DNA of 64,000 nucleotides from an uncultured virus (IMG/VR IMGVR_UViG_3300042564_002211) (IMGVR_UViG_3300042564_002211); one strand, 5' to 3'; shown: positions 1 through 8,559, counted from the first letter of the stretch. Notes: a model not told the origin generated them from the sequence alone. Translations and numbers: made by a program.

Positions 1-1
1 C

Positions 2-265
2 GGCCTGTTCTGGTCCAAGAAACGGGTGTTCTCGCCCGTCATTGCCGAGTCTGCATCTTCCGCCATCGAGGTGGTGCGCGACGAGATCTACAAGGAGGTT
101 GCCAAGACGCCCGACAAGCTCCAGCCCGTGGAGTTCCTGACATGGGGCGTCAAGGGTGGCCTGACCCACCGATTCTCAGGGTGGGAGTCGATGGTGGGTG
201 GTGCCATAATGCACCGCGTTACACCTGTCGGTAAGCAGCGCGACTGGGTGGAGGAACTCGCATGA
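2..265 (+). CDS. hypothetical protein, 5'-truncated by the window edge
   Basis: Frame is open from position 2; stop overlaps the next ATG (ATGA) with upstream GGAGG. Confidence 0.6.
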   Translation, partial: GLFWSKKRVFSPVIAESASSAIEVVRDEIYKEVAKTPDKLQPVEFLTWGVKGGLTHRFSGWESMVGGAIMHRVTPVGKQRDWVEELA

Positions 266-540
266 GCACCACATACCCAGACCAGTACCTGCTGGTCACC
301 AACCGTATCGACAGTTCATACAGGCACATCGTCGAGATCGCTGATAATGAGCCACTGGACCTTGAGGCTCTGCTCCGCAAGTGGGGTGATCGTCATTTGG
401 ATGAAGGCGGTTTCGTATTCGATATCAGTAGGCCAATACGCGGCCTCTTCGAGTGGCAGGCGTCAATCATCACAGACGGTCGCCCTCCTGACACCTGCAT
501 CGTTTGGGAGTCAGCCGAGTTCGACGTCCACTGGACCTGA
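262..540 (+). CDS. hypothetical protein (92 aa)
   Basis: ORF with GGAGG ribosome-binding site and ATGA coupling. Confidence 0.65.
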   Translation: MSTTYPDQYLLVTNRIDSSYRHIVEIADNEPLDLEALLRKWGDRHLDEGGFVFDISRPIRGLFEWQASIITDGRPPDTCIVWESAEFDVHWT

Positions 541-660
541 ACAACTGCTGACCAAAGCAGCCAGCCCATCGCTCTCACAGTGGTGGGTTGTGTGCTGTGG
601 TCAACCACGACCAAGCCTGTGTCACAACGACACTGTATCAGAACATTAACTCAGTTACCT

Positions 661-1785
661 ATGTATCAAGTCATATCCATGTATCGCGGCAGCGGCTACA
701 CCAAAGATGGTGATTACATTGACGGCGCGTCTGTCGTACTAGGCAGACAAGTCACAGGGATGTACTCAACCGATACGAAACGGTTCAAGCGCGTCATTCA
801 TTCGACTGACATGACGCCTTCAAGCAGGTGCATTGCTCCTGTTAATGGCGCTCCGATGAAAGCCAAAGAGACGCTTCTTGCATCGATCATCAGCAATCCC
901 AAGTCATATTACATGCTCAGAACCAACCCGTCTCGGCTGTTTAGCAGTTACACCAGCACTCGGAGCGGCATAAACCGGAGGAACATGCTGCTTCCGACGC
1001 TCAGGGTCGACGAAAGCGTGCAGGTCAAGCCGACGGACATGGCCAAGCGTGTGCAGAAACTTCACGGCCGACTGATATCGGTTGAGATCGAGTGTTACAC
1101 CGGTAGCGGAGTGTGGCCGGTGGAGTCTGGCCTCACCACGGTTGGCGGTGACGGATCGCTCGACAGTGGCGGCATCGAGATCAAGCGAATGACGTGGGCC
1201 AGCAATGGCCGACTGATGGGTCTGCTCAACCTCGAACGGCAGCTGCGCGGCTTCCGCGTCAACAGCAAGTGCGGACTGCATGTCCACATCGATGCGCGGC
1301 ACCTCCCTGAGGTGGAGTCGCCGGACAGGCTCCTGCACACCGCGTCGACAACGTACAACAGACTCACGCTGCTGTACCCGATGCTCAAGAAACTGGTCAG
1401 CAAGTCTCGCCAGCGGAACAAGTACTGCAAGTGGGTCAACAACAACCCCGAGTCGGAGCGGTACGACGAGCGCGTTGGTCGCTACGCTGCGATCAACTTC
1501 GAGGCCTATCGCAAGTACAAGACCATCGAGTTTCGGTGCGCGAACGGGTCGACCAACGTGCTCAAGATCGAATCGTGGGCGCTGCTGTGCCGCTACCTGT
1601 TCGATTGGTGCGCCAATAAGAACAACAGCGTACCGACCAACTGGACCGGTATGATGGCTATCCTGCCGCCGTGGCTGTCGTCGTGGTGCGTGCTGAGACA
1701 TCAGAAGCTGCACCATGGAGTGGGTGTGGTCGACGACCGTGTTGCATCGGCCCTGGACTTCGCTCCGAATGGCAACGTCGAGTAA
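661..1785 (+). CDS. putative amidoligase (Amidoligase_2 / COOH-NH2 ligase type)
   Basis: Motifs SVEIEC, DGSL..GIEI, CGLHVHID, RYAAIN, TIEFR; start moved to ATG 661 after an A/C-rich leader. Confidence 0.85.
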   Translation: MYQVISMYRGSGYTKDGDYIDGASVVLGRQVTGMYSTDTKRFKRVIHSTDMTPSSRCIAPVNGAPMKAKETLLASIISNPKSYYMLRTNPSRLFSSYTSTRSGINRRNMLLPTLRVDESVQVKPTDMAKRVQKLHGRLISVEIECYTGSGVWPVESGLTTVGGDGSLDSGGIEIKRMTWASNGRLMGLLNLERQLRGFRVNSKCGLHVHIDARHLPEVESPDRLLHTASTTYNRLTLLYPMLKKLVSKSRQRNKYCKWVNNNPESERYDERVGRYAAINFEAYRKYKTIEFRCANGSTNVLKIESWALLCRYLFDWCANKNNSVPTNWTGMMAILPPWLSSWCVLRHQKLHHGVGVVDDRVASALDFAPNGNVE

Positions 1786-1821
1786 ATCACCAGCAACTAA
1801 ACATCTTAATCACTGATACCT

Positions 1822-2805
1822 ATGTGCAAACTATTCATCGCAGTCGGTAAGTTCTCCCGTGAGCAGGTTCTCCGCATGATCTCGGAGACCAACGGCCTAT
1901 TCGCTGTCACTCAGCGTGACGGGTTTGGCTTCACAGCCTACGGCCCGAAAGGCGTGGCCTACGGTCGATACCTCAACCCCGAATCCTACTGCGGGTTCGG
2001 AGTCAAGATACCGCCGTTCATCAACGCCATCCAGATCGAGGCTGGCGAGATACCGCAGGTGGTCACCGCTCTGGTGATTCACGGCCGCACCTCCACCAAC
2101 AAGGTGGTCATCGAGAACTGTCACCCGTTCCACTCCAAGGGCATTCACCTCGCTCACAACGGTGTGTTGCGCTGGGCTGGTGACGGCCCCGGCCCCAAAG
2201 CCAAGAACGGATGCGACACCGAGGAGTTCTTCCAGTGGTGGCTGCACCGCAAGGCCACCAGCAAGTGGGCCGCAACCAACAAGCACTGGTCGGGCTACGG
2301 CGTGTTCGGCGTCATCGACACTGGTGCCAAGCGGTTGACCGTCGCCAAGTGTGGGTCGGGCAATCTCTACTGGGCCTGCGACGACAAGGACAACCACTTG
2401 TTCAGCACCAGTGGCCACGATGTCGCACACGTCGCTCGTGCTGCCGGCATATCACTCGTCACCAAATCGGTGTCGGTGATGCCCAAGACCGTGACCGAGT
2501 TCGCGATAGGAGGGCCTCGCGGTGTGCTGCTCAGCAACGAGCGGTGGTGCGGGTTCGCTGACTCGGTTCGAGACTCCGCATGGGATCGGTCCATGGGTGT
2601 CCGTCCATCTTATGACACTCGCTGGTCTAGGGTGCATGGAAGGCAGACTGACATGTGGGATGACAACCTTGCACCCCGTGAGGCGGTCAACCCAAGCAAG
2701 GCGATCAGCGTTCCTCGCGACACCGAGCGAGAGGCGTTCCCCGACTTCGATCCTGACATCGAGGCCCAGATCGAGTCGCACCTGAACAAAGACCTGCACA
2801 AGTAA
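1822..2805 (+). CDS. class II (Ntn) glutamine amidotransferase
   Basis: N-terminal Met-Cys, DGFG, HGRTST, NCHPF, LAHNG, CDTE. Confidence 0.88.
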   Translation: MCKLFIAVGKFSREQVLRMISETNGLFAVTQRDGFGFTAYGPKGVAYGRYLNPESYCGFGVKIPPFINAIQIEAGEIPQVVTALVIHGRTSTNKVVIENCHPFHSKGIHLAHNGVLRWAGDGPGPKAKNGCDTEEFFQWWLHRKATSKWAATNKHWSGYGVFGVIDTGAKRLTVAKCGSGNLYWACDDKDNHLFSTSGHDVAHVARAAGISLVTKSVSVMPKTVTEFAIGGPRGVLLSNERWCGFADSVRDSAWDRSMGVRPSYDTRWSRVHGRQTDMWDDNLAPREAVNPSKAISVPRDTEREAFPDFDPDIEAQIESHLNKDLHK

Positions 2806-2811
2806 CACACC

Positions 2812-2836
2812 AGCCGGGGTGACACCCGGCTCTTTT
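2812..2836 (+). terminator. probable intrinsic terminator
   Basis: AGCCGGG-GTGACA-CCCGGCT followed by CTTTT, just after the GATase stop. Confidence 0.6.
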
Positions 2837-2891
2837 GGTCTGCTTCCACACGGTGTGGCGGCAGATCCAAGGAACTCAACACACGATCACA

Positions 2892-3077
2892 ATGAACAAA
2901 GATCAAACCAAGCCCGACCAGCAACTGGTCGAGGCGATGCAGCGAATCAAGGTGCTGGCAACTCCAGCAAACACACTACCATGGCAGCGACTCGAAGCGC
3001 CCGACTTCGCGAAGCTGCTGACCATGATCAGCGCGATAGCAACCAACGCCATCACCAACGCTGGAGGTGCGCTGTGA
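2892..3077 (+). CDS. hypothetical protein
   Basis: ATG after A/C-rich leader; GTGA overlap with next gene. Confidence 0.6.
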   Translation: MNKDQTKPDQQLVEAMQRIKVLATPANTLPWQRLEAPDFAKLLTMISAIATNAITNAGGAL

Positions 3078-3364
3078 GCATCACCAATACCCACGCATTC
3101 AACGCCGCATTCGCAGCGGCACAGCTGGCAGCACGCATCGAATCGTCTGGGCAGGTCAGCATATCCGAGAAGATAGCGGCGGCGGCGATAGGCATAGCTG
3201 ATGCCGAGGCTAAAGGTATCGACTGGGGCCAGGTTGAGTTTGATTCCGTGTGCGATTCTGTTGCACGCATGATCAAAGACAGGCTGATAACCTCTGACTA
3301 TGGCCTTGAATACGTGCGTCAAGATGCAGGACGGATCACACGTGAGGCTGGAGGTGTGCTGTGA
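3074..3364 (+). CDS. hypothetical protein
   Basis: GTG start with GGAGGT, coupled by GTGA at both ends. Confidence 0.65.
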   Translation: MSITNTHAFNAAFAAAQLAARIESSGQVSISEKIAAAAIGIADAEAKGIDWGQVEFDSVCDSVARMIKDRLITSDYGLEYVRQDAGRITREAGGVL

Positions 3365-3663
3365 ACTCCAACTACCCAACCTGCCCCAAGTGCAGGGCTT
3401 TGCCGATGAGATCAATCGGTCTGTGGACCGGAGAAGAAGAGATCTCAATCGACCAATACATGTGCGGGTCTGCGCTTGCCGATGAAACGGGAGCGGTGAT
3501 CGAGAGATTGGAATGCTTCAAGCGCCAGCGTAACCAAGCGGTAGAGGCTCTTGAATGGGCAATGAATGAGCTCCTCGGTAATGGTGACGAAGAAGCTGAT
3601 TACAGTGCTGGACAAGATGCAGCACTCACAACTCTCAAGAGATTGAAAGGATGTGCCAAGTGA
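3361..3663 (+). CDS. hypothetical protein with CxxC (possible zinc ribbon)
   Basis: CPKC near N-terminus; GGAGGT/GTGA coupling. Confidence 0.6.
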   Translation: MNSNYPTCPKCRALPMRSIGLWTGEEEISIDQYMCGSALADETGAVIERLECFKRQRNQAVEALEWAMNELLGNGDEEADYSAGQDAALTTLKRLKGCAK

Positions 3664-3866
3664 ACCACTTCAACACCATCGCCGAGGCCATCTCGGCAGT
3701 GAAGAACGGCATGCGCGTCTGCTGGAAGACTGGTGCCTACCAGTTGAAGCAGGACAAGAACGGCAAGTGGTTCGTCCACTGCATCATCAACGACGACTGG
3801 GCCTTGCTCTTCTGGGCTGACGGCGTCACGTCGAGCTACAAGGCGGAGGAGTTCTTCGTCTTCTGA
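3660..3866 (+). CDS. hypothetical protein
   Basis: GTGA coupling, phage-like codon use. Confidence 0.6.
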   Translation: MNHFNTIAEAISAVKNGMRVCWKTGAYQLKQDKNGKWFVHCIINDDWALLFWADGVTSSYKAEEFFVF

Positions 3867-3927
3867 CCCTGCCACACAGCCTCCAGCCCTCACGGGTTGG
3901 TGGTTGTAGGCAAGGCCAACAACGGGC

Positions 3928-3956
3928 TTGCGTAACCTCAACTGGTGTATTACACC
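3928..3956 (+). promoter_or_regulatory. promoter/operator motif copy 1
   Basis: TTGCGT-N10-GGTGTA-T-TACACC, upstream of AAGGAG and ATG 3975. Confidence 0.75.
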
Positions 3957-3974
3957 TACTCACAAGGAGTCACT

Positions 3975-4691
3975 ATGTACCAACTGCTGGGCGTCAACAC
4001 TGACGCCAAGACACCCAAGGGAACAGCCCTCGGCTACCTCACAGGAATCCTGTACCTCGCCCCGGGCAATCTGTCCGGGTTCGAGGTCTGCCCGTGGCGC
4101 AACGCTGGTTGCACCGAGGCGTGCCTCAACACGTCCGGTCGCGGCAAGCTCGCCAACGTCCAGCTGGCTCGCATCCGCAAGACCCGCTGGTTCTTCTCTC
4201 AGCGCGACGACTTCATGAACGCACTGAACTACGACATCAAACAACTGAAGCTCGATGCTGAGCGCGACGGCCTCAAGCCATGCGTCCGCCTCAATGGGAC
4301 GAGCGACATCGCTTGGGAACTTGGTCAGCACAGCATCATCAAGAAGCACCCACACGTACAGTTCTACGACTACACCAAGTCGGCGTATCGCGTTGGCAAG
4401 ATGCTCAAGGGCGACCTCCCTCCCAACTACAAGCTCACGTTCTCCTACAGCGGGAGCAACAACGAAGACTGCCTCGACATCCTTGCCCGTGGCGGGAACG
4501 TGGCCGTCATCTTTGAGGGTGAGAGGCCCTCTCGCTGGAACAGCTGGCCCGTCATCGACGGCGACTTGCACGACCTGAGGTTCATCGATCCTCGTGGCAC
4601 GGTCGTTGGACTCAAGCCCAAGGGCGAGGCCAAGAAGGACACCACTGGGTTCGTGGTCAGACCGCAGATTGAGCAGATGGTTGCAGCATGA
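3975..4691 (+). CDS. GP88-like phage protein (Cys-rich, radical-SAM-like fold)
   Basis: CPWRNAGCTEACL, RLNGTSDI, QFYDYTK, DGDLHDLRFID, VVGLKPKG. Confidence 0.8.
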   Translation: MYQLLGVNTDAKTPKGTALGYLTGILYLAPGNLSGFEVCPWRNAGCTEACLNTSGRGKLANVQLARIRKTRWFFSQRDDFMNALNYDIKQLKLDAERDGLKPCVRLNGTSDIAWELGQHSIIKKHPHVQFYDYTKSAYRVGKMLKGDLPPNYKLTFSYSGSNNEDCLDILARGGNVAVIFEGERPSRWNSWPVIDGDLHDLRFIDPRGTVVGLKPKGEAKKDTTGFVVRPQIEQMVAA

Positions 4692-4771
4692 TCGACATAG
4701 ACCCATCAGTCGCAGCTGATGGGTTCTGTCGGCAATGATGCCGAGTAGAAACAACTAAACACATAATACAC

Positions 4772-5353
4772 ATGAACAGCATCGACTTGAAGTCTATCAA
4801 CTGGGATCTAACAAACAAAGAGATCGCTCAGTCACTAGGTGTCACACCGACTCTGATATCGTACTACAGAAAGCAGACGCATCTCCGCAAGTTCAAGCGC
4901 GAGAAGTACCGCATCGACTGGAGCAAGGTTGACTGGACCAAGCCGGACTACCAGATCGCCAAAGAGAACAGCGTGACCTGCCCTCCCGTTTGCACGGCAC
5001 GACGACGCTTTGCTCCTGAACACCTCAGGCATGCGAGCCCCAGCCCTCAAGGACTCAAGCGTTACCAGCGCAAGCTGGACCTCGAGCGTGCTGCCAAAGA
5101 GGCGGCTGCAATGCGAAACGCTGCGGTGATCTACACTGCCGACCTGATCTCACAGTCGATGATGCAAGATCAAGAGCTCGCGAGACAGAAGGCTTACACG
5201 GCATCGTCACTGATCAGCCCTAGCATCACAACTGTCCGAAAGCCTGACGCCCCGAAGACAGCCCAGCCCTCATGGGTGAAGCGCAAGCTGATCGCGATCC
5301 GCGACTGGCTGTTCAACCTGTGCGTGTCGGTCGAGAAGGAAGCTAACAAGTAA
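4772..5353 (+). CDS. hypothetical protein with two N-terminal HTH-like repeats
   Basis: INWDLTNKEIAQSLGVT and VDWTKPDYQIAKENSVT. Confidence 0.65.
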   Translation: MNSIDLKSINWDLTNKEIAQSLGVTPTLISYYRKQTHLRKFKREKYRIDWSKVDWTKPDYQIAKENSVTCPPVCTARRRFAPEHLRHASPSPQGLKRYQRKLDLERAAKEAAAMRNAAVIYTADLISQSMMQDQELARQKAYTASSLISPSITTVRKPDAPKTAQPSWVKRKLIAIRDWLFNLCVSVEKEANK

Positions 5354-5365
5354 CACGACACCGCA

Positions 5366-5644
5366 ATGATTTCAGACGACGACTTGTTCAAGCTCACTAA
5401 AGGTAAGCTCGACTACAACGCACAGATCATCATGTCCACCATCGATAAGATGGAATCGGAGATCAAGGAGTTGAAGGCAGCTACAACGATCCAGTCCATG
5501 GACAAGATGAACCTGCATCTCAAGGCAATCGTTGACTCCTCAGTTGGATGTCGATCACGCCTCCAGTTCATGCGTGGAGTCTGGTCCTACTACAAGGATC
5601 TCAAGCCAAGGGTTTCAAGGACATTCGATGAAGGGCTTGCTTAA
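5366..5644 (+). CDS. hypothetical protein
   Basis: 92-aa ORF in the early operon. Confidence 0.6.
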   Translation: MISDDDLFKLTKGKLDYNAQIIMSTIDKMESEIKELKAATTIQSMDKMNLHLKAIVDSSVGCRSRLQFMRGVWSYYKDLKPRVSRTFDEGLA

Positions 5645-5720
5645 GCTCTTCGGGATACTGGTGATGTGGATAGCTGAGATCTACATCGTTATCACAATAC
5701 TGAGAATCATAATACAATGA
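5628..5720 (+). CDS. 30-aa single-pass membrane peptide
   Basis: MKGLLKLFGILVMWIAEIYIVITILRIIIQ; ATGA overlap with the recombinase start. Confidence 0.45.
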   Translation: MKGLLKLFGILVMWIAEIYIVITILRIIIQ

Positions 5721-6898
5721 CTTCAGAAACTGCGTATCAGGGTCATGTGATAGACATGACTCCGTCACAGCTTGAACAGCTTGCTGTGACATATCACAAC
5801 AACGACTTCCCAGGTCGACGCCCAGCAACAATCCACTTCTCAAAGCTGTGGATACACAAGTGGTTGTCATGGATGAAAGGATGCCATCACAACCGAATCA
5901 CATCGGAGAACCTGCAGACCTACTGCACCCGGCTCTTCGAGAACTACAAGCCGCGCACCGCTCAGGAGTATTGGAACTCTGTCAGTCGGTTCCTGCGGTG
6001 GCTTGAGACTACTGGTCGAGTGGCCACAAGTCCGCACCACGCAGTGCGCAAGCCGACCGTCCGCGACGAGCGGAGCGTGAACGCCATCACCCACGAGGAG
6101 TACCTCAAGCTGCGCCACACGGCAGCCGGGCACTGGATGGACTGGGTTATCCTGCTTGGGTGGAACACGGGCATGTCCATCGCAGACTGCATGATGCTGC
6201 GTTGGGGTGACGTCGACATGGACAAGTGCTTCATCCGCATCAGGCGCGTGAAGACCGGGACCGAGGCGATCATACCATTCAGTCCAACAGACGAGCTTGG
6301 CAGGGCATTGCAGGCCCTGCGTGCTGAGTCCCCCAACGCCAGCCCAACCGACTTCGTGTCGGAGCAGGCAGGCAGCAGGGTCAACATGGACCGACACGTC
6401 ATTGCCAGTAGTGGCAGCGACGCATTCAGGTACATCGCAGACAAGGCTGGCATCGATCGCAGCAAGCGGTTCCACAGCCTCCGCCACTCATTCGTCTCGA
6501 TGCTGGCCAACAGCGGCATGAGCACCATCCTGGCAACCAAGGTCTCGGGTCACCTCGATCCGCGGGTCTTCTCCCAGTACGTTCACGTCGACACCAACGC
6601 CATCAGACAAGGCGTGTCCGAGGCTCGCGTCAAGGCGGGCGTTATGCAGGAGATCACGGTGGTCACCAATGGCCAGCGCGTCTCCCAGTCCAGCGCGTTC
6701 ACATTCAAGCCTGAACGCATCTACATCGTGAAGAAGGGGCGGATCAACCTGCCGGATGGAGAGCCGGTGAAGTTCGTGAAGACCCTTGAAAACGCTGAAG
6801 GAAAGCGAGCAGTCACCATCCCATGCGACGAACGCGGCGAGCCCACCTGTGGGTTCAGACTGGTCGTTGACATCAGGGACGTGAGCGTCTTTAGTTAG
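5717..6898 (+). CDS. tyrosine recombinase/integrase-family protein (atypical)
   Basis: TGMSIAD..LRWGDVD, VKTG, HSLRHSF, SGH, YVH; first catalytic Arg position is Ser. Confidence 0.85.
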   Translation: MTSETAYQGHVIDMTPSQLEQLAVTYHNNDFPGRRPATIHFSKLWIHKWLSWMKGCHHNRITSENLQTYCTRLFENYKPRTAQEYWNSVSRFLRWLETTGRVATSPHHAVRKPTVRDERSVNAITHEEYLKLRHTAAGHWMDWVILLGWNTGMSIADCMMLRWGDVDMDKCFIRIRRVKTGTEAIIPFSPTDELGRALQALRAESPNASPTDFVSEQAGSRVNMDRHVIASSGSDAFRYIADKAGIDRSKRFHSLRHSFVSMLANSGMSTILATKVSGHLDPRVFSQYVHVDTNAIRQGVSEARVKAGVMQEITVVTNGQRVSQSSAFTFKPERIYIVKKGRINLPDGEPVKFVKTLENAEGKRAVTIPCDERGEPTCGFRLVVDIRDVSVFS

Positions 6899-6937
6899 CA
6901 CGCGCTTCGTGCGCTATCACTAACCAAAAGGAATAAC

Positions 6938-7405
6938 ATGGCATCGTACAACAAGGTCGTCCTCATGGGCAACGTCACCCGTGATCCCGAAGTCAGGGTC
7001 ACCCCCAAGGGCACCTCTATCGCAAAGATCGGGCTGGCAGTCTCCCGCAAGTTCTCCACTGAGAGTGGCGAGAAGAAGGAGGAAACCACGTTCGTCGACG
7101 TTGACTTCATCGGAAAGGTTTCCGACGTGGTCAGTAAGTACGTCAAGAAGGGTGACCCCATCCTGATCGACGGACGCCTCAAGCTCGACCAGTGGGAGGA
7201 CAAGAAGACCGGTGAGAAGCGGAGCAAGCTCGGCATCTTCGGTGAGAACCTCCAGCTGTTGTCTCGGCCGTCCACACCTCCGACTGGTGGCGGCTCCAAT
7301 GTCGAACGCTACAACCAGCGGCAGCTTCCCGTCACTCCTCGACAGGCGGCCGCTGGCGTTTCCAACGACGGGCCGAGCAGCGACTCGGACGACATTCCGT
7401 TCTAA
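6938..7405 (+). CDS. ssb: single-stranded DNA-binding protein
   Basis: NKVVLMGNVTRDPE OB-fold start and acidic DDIPF C-terminus. Confidence 0.97.
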   Translation: MASYNKVVLMGNVTRDPEVRVTPKGTSIAKIGLAVSRKFSTESGEKKEETTFVDVDFIGKVSDVVSKYVKKGDPILIDGRLKLDQWEDKKTGEKRSKLGIFGENLQLLSRPSTPPTGGGSNVERYNQRQLPVTPRQAAAGVSNDGPSSDSDDIPF

Positions 7406-7442
7406 AACATTCTGCTGTACACATCGGTTCTGATCGTGGTCA

Positions 7443-8057
7443 ATGTCCTCGCCTATGGCACGCATCAAGTGGACTGAAGCCATGATCGCAGACCGCATCA
7501 TGGAGAACTACCGCAACACCGGAAAGTTCCCGACCAACACCTATCTAAACGAGACTGGACAGGCTGACCTGCAAAACCAGATCACCAAGAAGGGTGGATT
7601 CATCAAGTGGTCTGAGCGTCTCGGGATTCCCCGTGAACACTCGGACTCCGACACCGGTTGGGATGGAGAGATCGAGGTGGCTAAGATCCTGCGCGAGCAG
7701 GGCTTCACTGTTGATCGACCGTCCGCCGTCAAGAGCCCATACGACTTGCTGGTCAAAGATGTCCTCCGGGTGGACGTGAAGACCGCCAAGTTCGCTAAGT
7801 ACGGACCATGCTCAGGCTGGTTCTATCGCATCGGCAAGATGCCTCAAGCAGACGTGATCGCGCTGTATCAACTCGACACCAAGGAGGTCTACTGGATTCC
7901 CTGGAACCGGGTTCCCACCAGCAACATCACGATCAGCAAGTCGGGCGGCATGTACGCGCTGTTCCGAAACAACATCGACATCGTGCGCAGGATGCTCGCG
8001 ACACGGGAAGCGGAGGACAAGTGGGTCACGGAGAATATTCTTCTGGAGTCCGCTTGA
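7443..8057 (+). CDS. PD-(D/E)XK endonuclease with N-terminal helical domain
   Basis: GEIEV..L, PYDLLV..RVDVKT catalytic pattern. Confidence 0.7.
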   Translation: MSSPMARIKWTEAMIADRIMENYRNTGKFPTNTYLNETGQADLQNQITKKGGFIKWSERLGIPREHSDSDTGWDGEIEVAKILREQGFTVDRPSAVKSPYDLLVKDVLRVDVKTAKFAKYGPCSGWFYRIGKMPQADVIALYQLDTKEVYWIPWNRVPTSNITISKSGGMYALFRNNIDIVRRMLATREAEDKWVTENILLESA

Positions 8058-8064
8058 TCACTCG

Positions 8065-8093
8065 TTGACACCGACCACATGGTGTACTACACC
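8065..8093 (+). promoter_or_regulatory. promoter/operator motif copy 2 (upstream of RNA cluster)
   Basis: TTGACA-N10-GGTGTA-C-TACACC. Confidence 0.8.
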
Positions 8094-8227
8094 TAGTGCG
8101 TAATGGTTGATTGATTCGACTCTGCGATGACAAGCAGTGGCAGTCGGGAAAGACCGGCACCCGCAGTGCGCCCGAGGGGGAAGGGTCTTCTAGCCTCCTC
8201 ACACTGTGACAACAACGGGCTAATTTT

Positions 8228-8315
8228 GCTGGGGTAAGCGGGGATCGCGGCGGCGGTGGTTCGCTGGTAACATGGTGTCCCTGCTCCGTAACCGCGTAAA
8301 ACGGAGCGCCCCAGT
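8228..8315 (+). ncRNA. putative structured RNA closed by an acceptor-like stem
   Basis: GCTGGGG/CCCCAGT termini; internal GCGGGGAT/GTCCCTGC and GCTCCGT/ACGGAGC stems. Confidence 0.4.
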
Positions 8316-8324
8316 GGTTTTCGT

Positions 8325-8399
8325 GGCGGGGTGTAGCAGCGGTAGCTAGGCTGCCTCATAAGCAGACGGTCGGTGGTTCGAGTCCACCCCCCGCTACCA
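8325..8399 (+). tRNA. tRNA with CAT anticodon (elongator Met or Ile2), encoded CCA
   Basis: Acceptor GGCGGGG/CCCCGCT, D-arm TAGC/GCTA, anticodon loop CTCATAA, T-arm GGTGG-TTCGAGT-CCACC, ACCA end; lacks the initiator GGG/CCC anticodon stem. Confidence 0.92.
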
Positions 8400-8403
8400 A
8401 TTT

Positions 8404-8559
8404 TGATCCATGGTGTAGAGAAAGCCGACGGGCATAAGACACACTGGGCCTAGGGTCCAGAGGTTCGGGTACTTTGGCTGATAGACGGTGGGGTGTTTGC
8501 AAGACTACTCACTGGAACCAACAGTTGAAATCCAGCCGTTCAATCCGATGGGTCATCCA
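8404..8559 (+). ncRNA. 156-nt tRNA-like RNA with acceptor stem and CCA end
   Basis: TGATCCA/TGGGTCA 7-bp stem plus T-CCA; tRNA-like TGGTGTAG after the 5' strand; several internal hairpins. Confidence 0.55.

Noticed and set aside
8325..8399. tRNA as a prophage attachment site
   Set aside because: No duplicate of its 3' end was noticed and phage genes continue on both sides.
8404..8559. tmRNA or intron-containing tRNA
   Set aside because: Far too short, no G3-U70 alanine identity, no tag ORF or group I core recognised.
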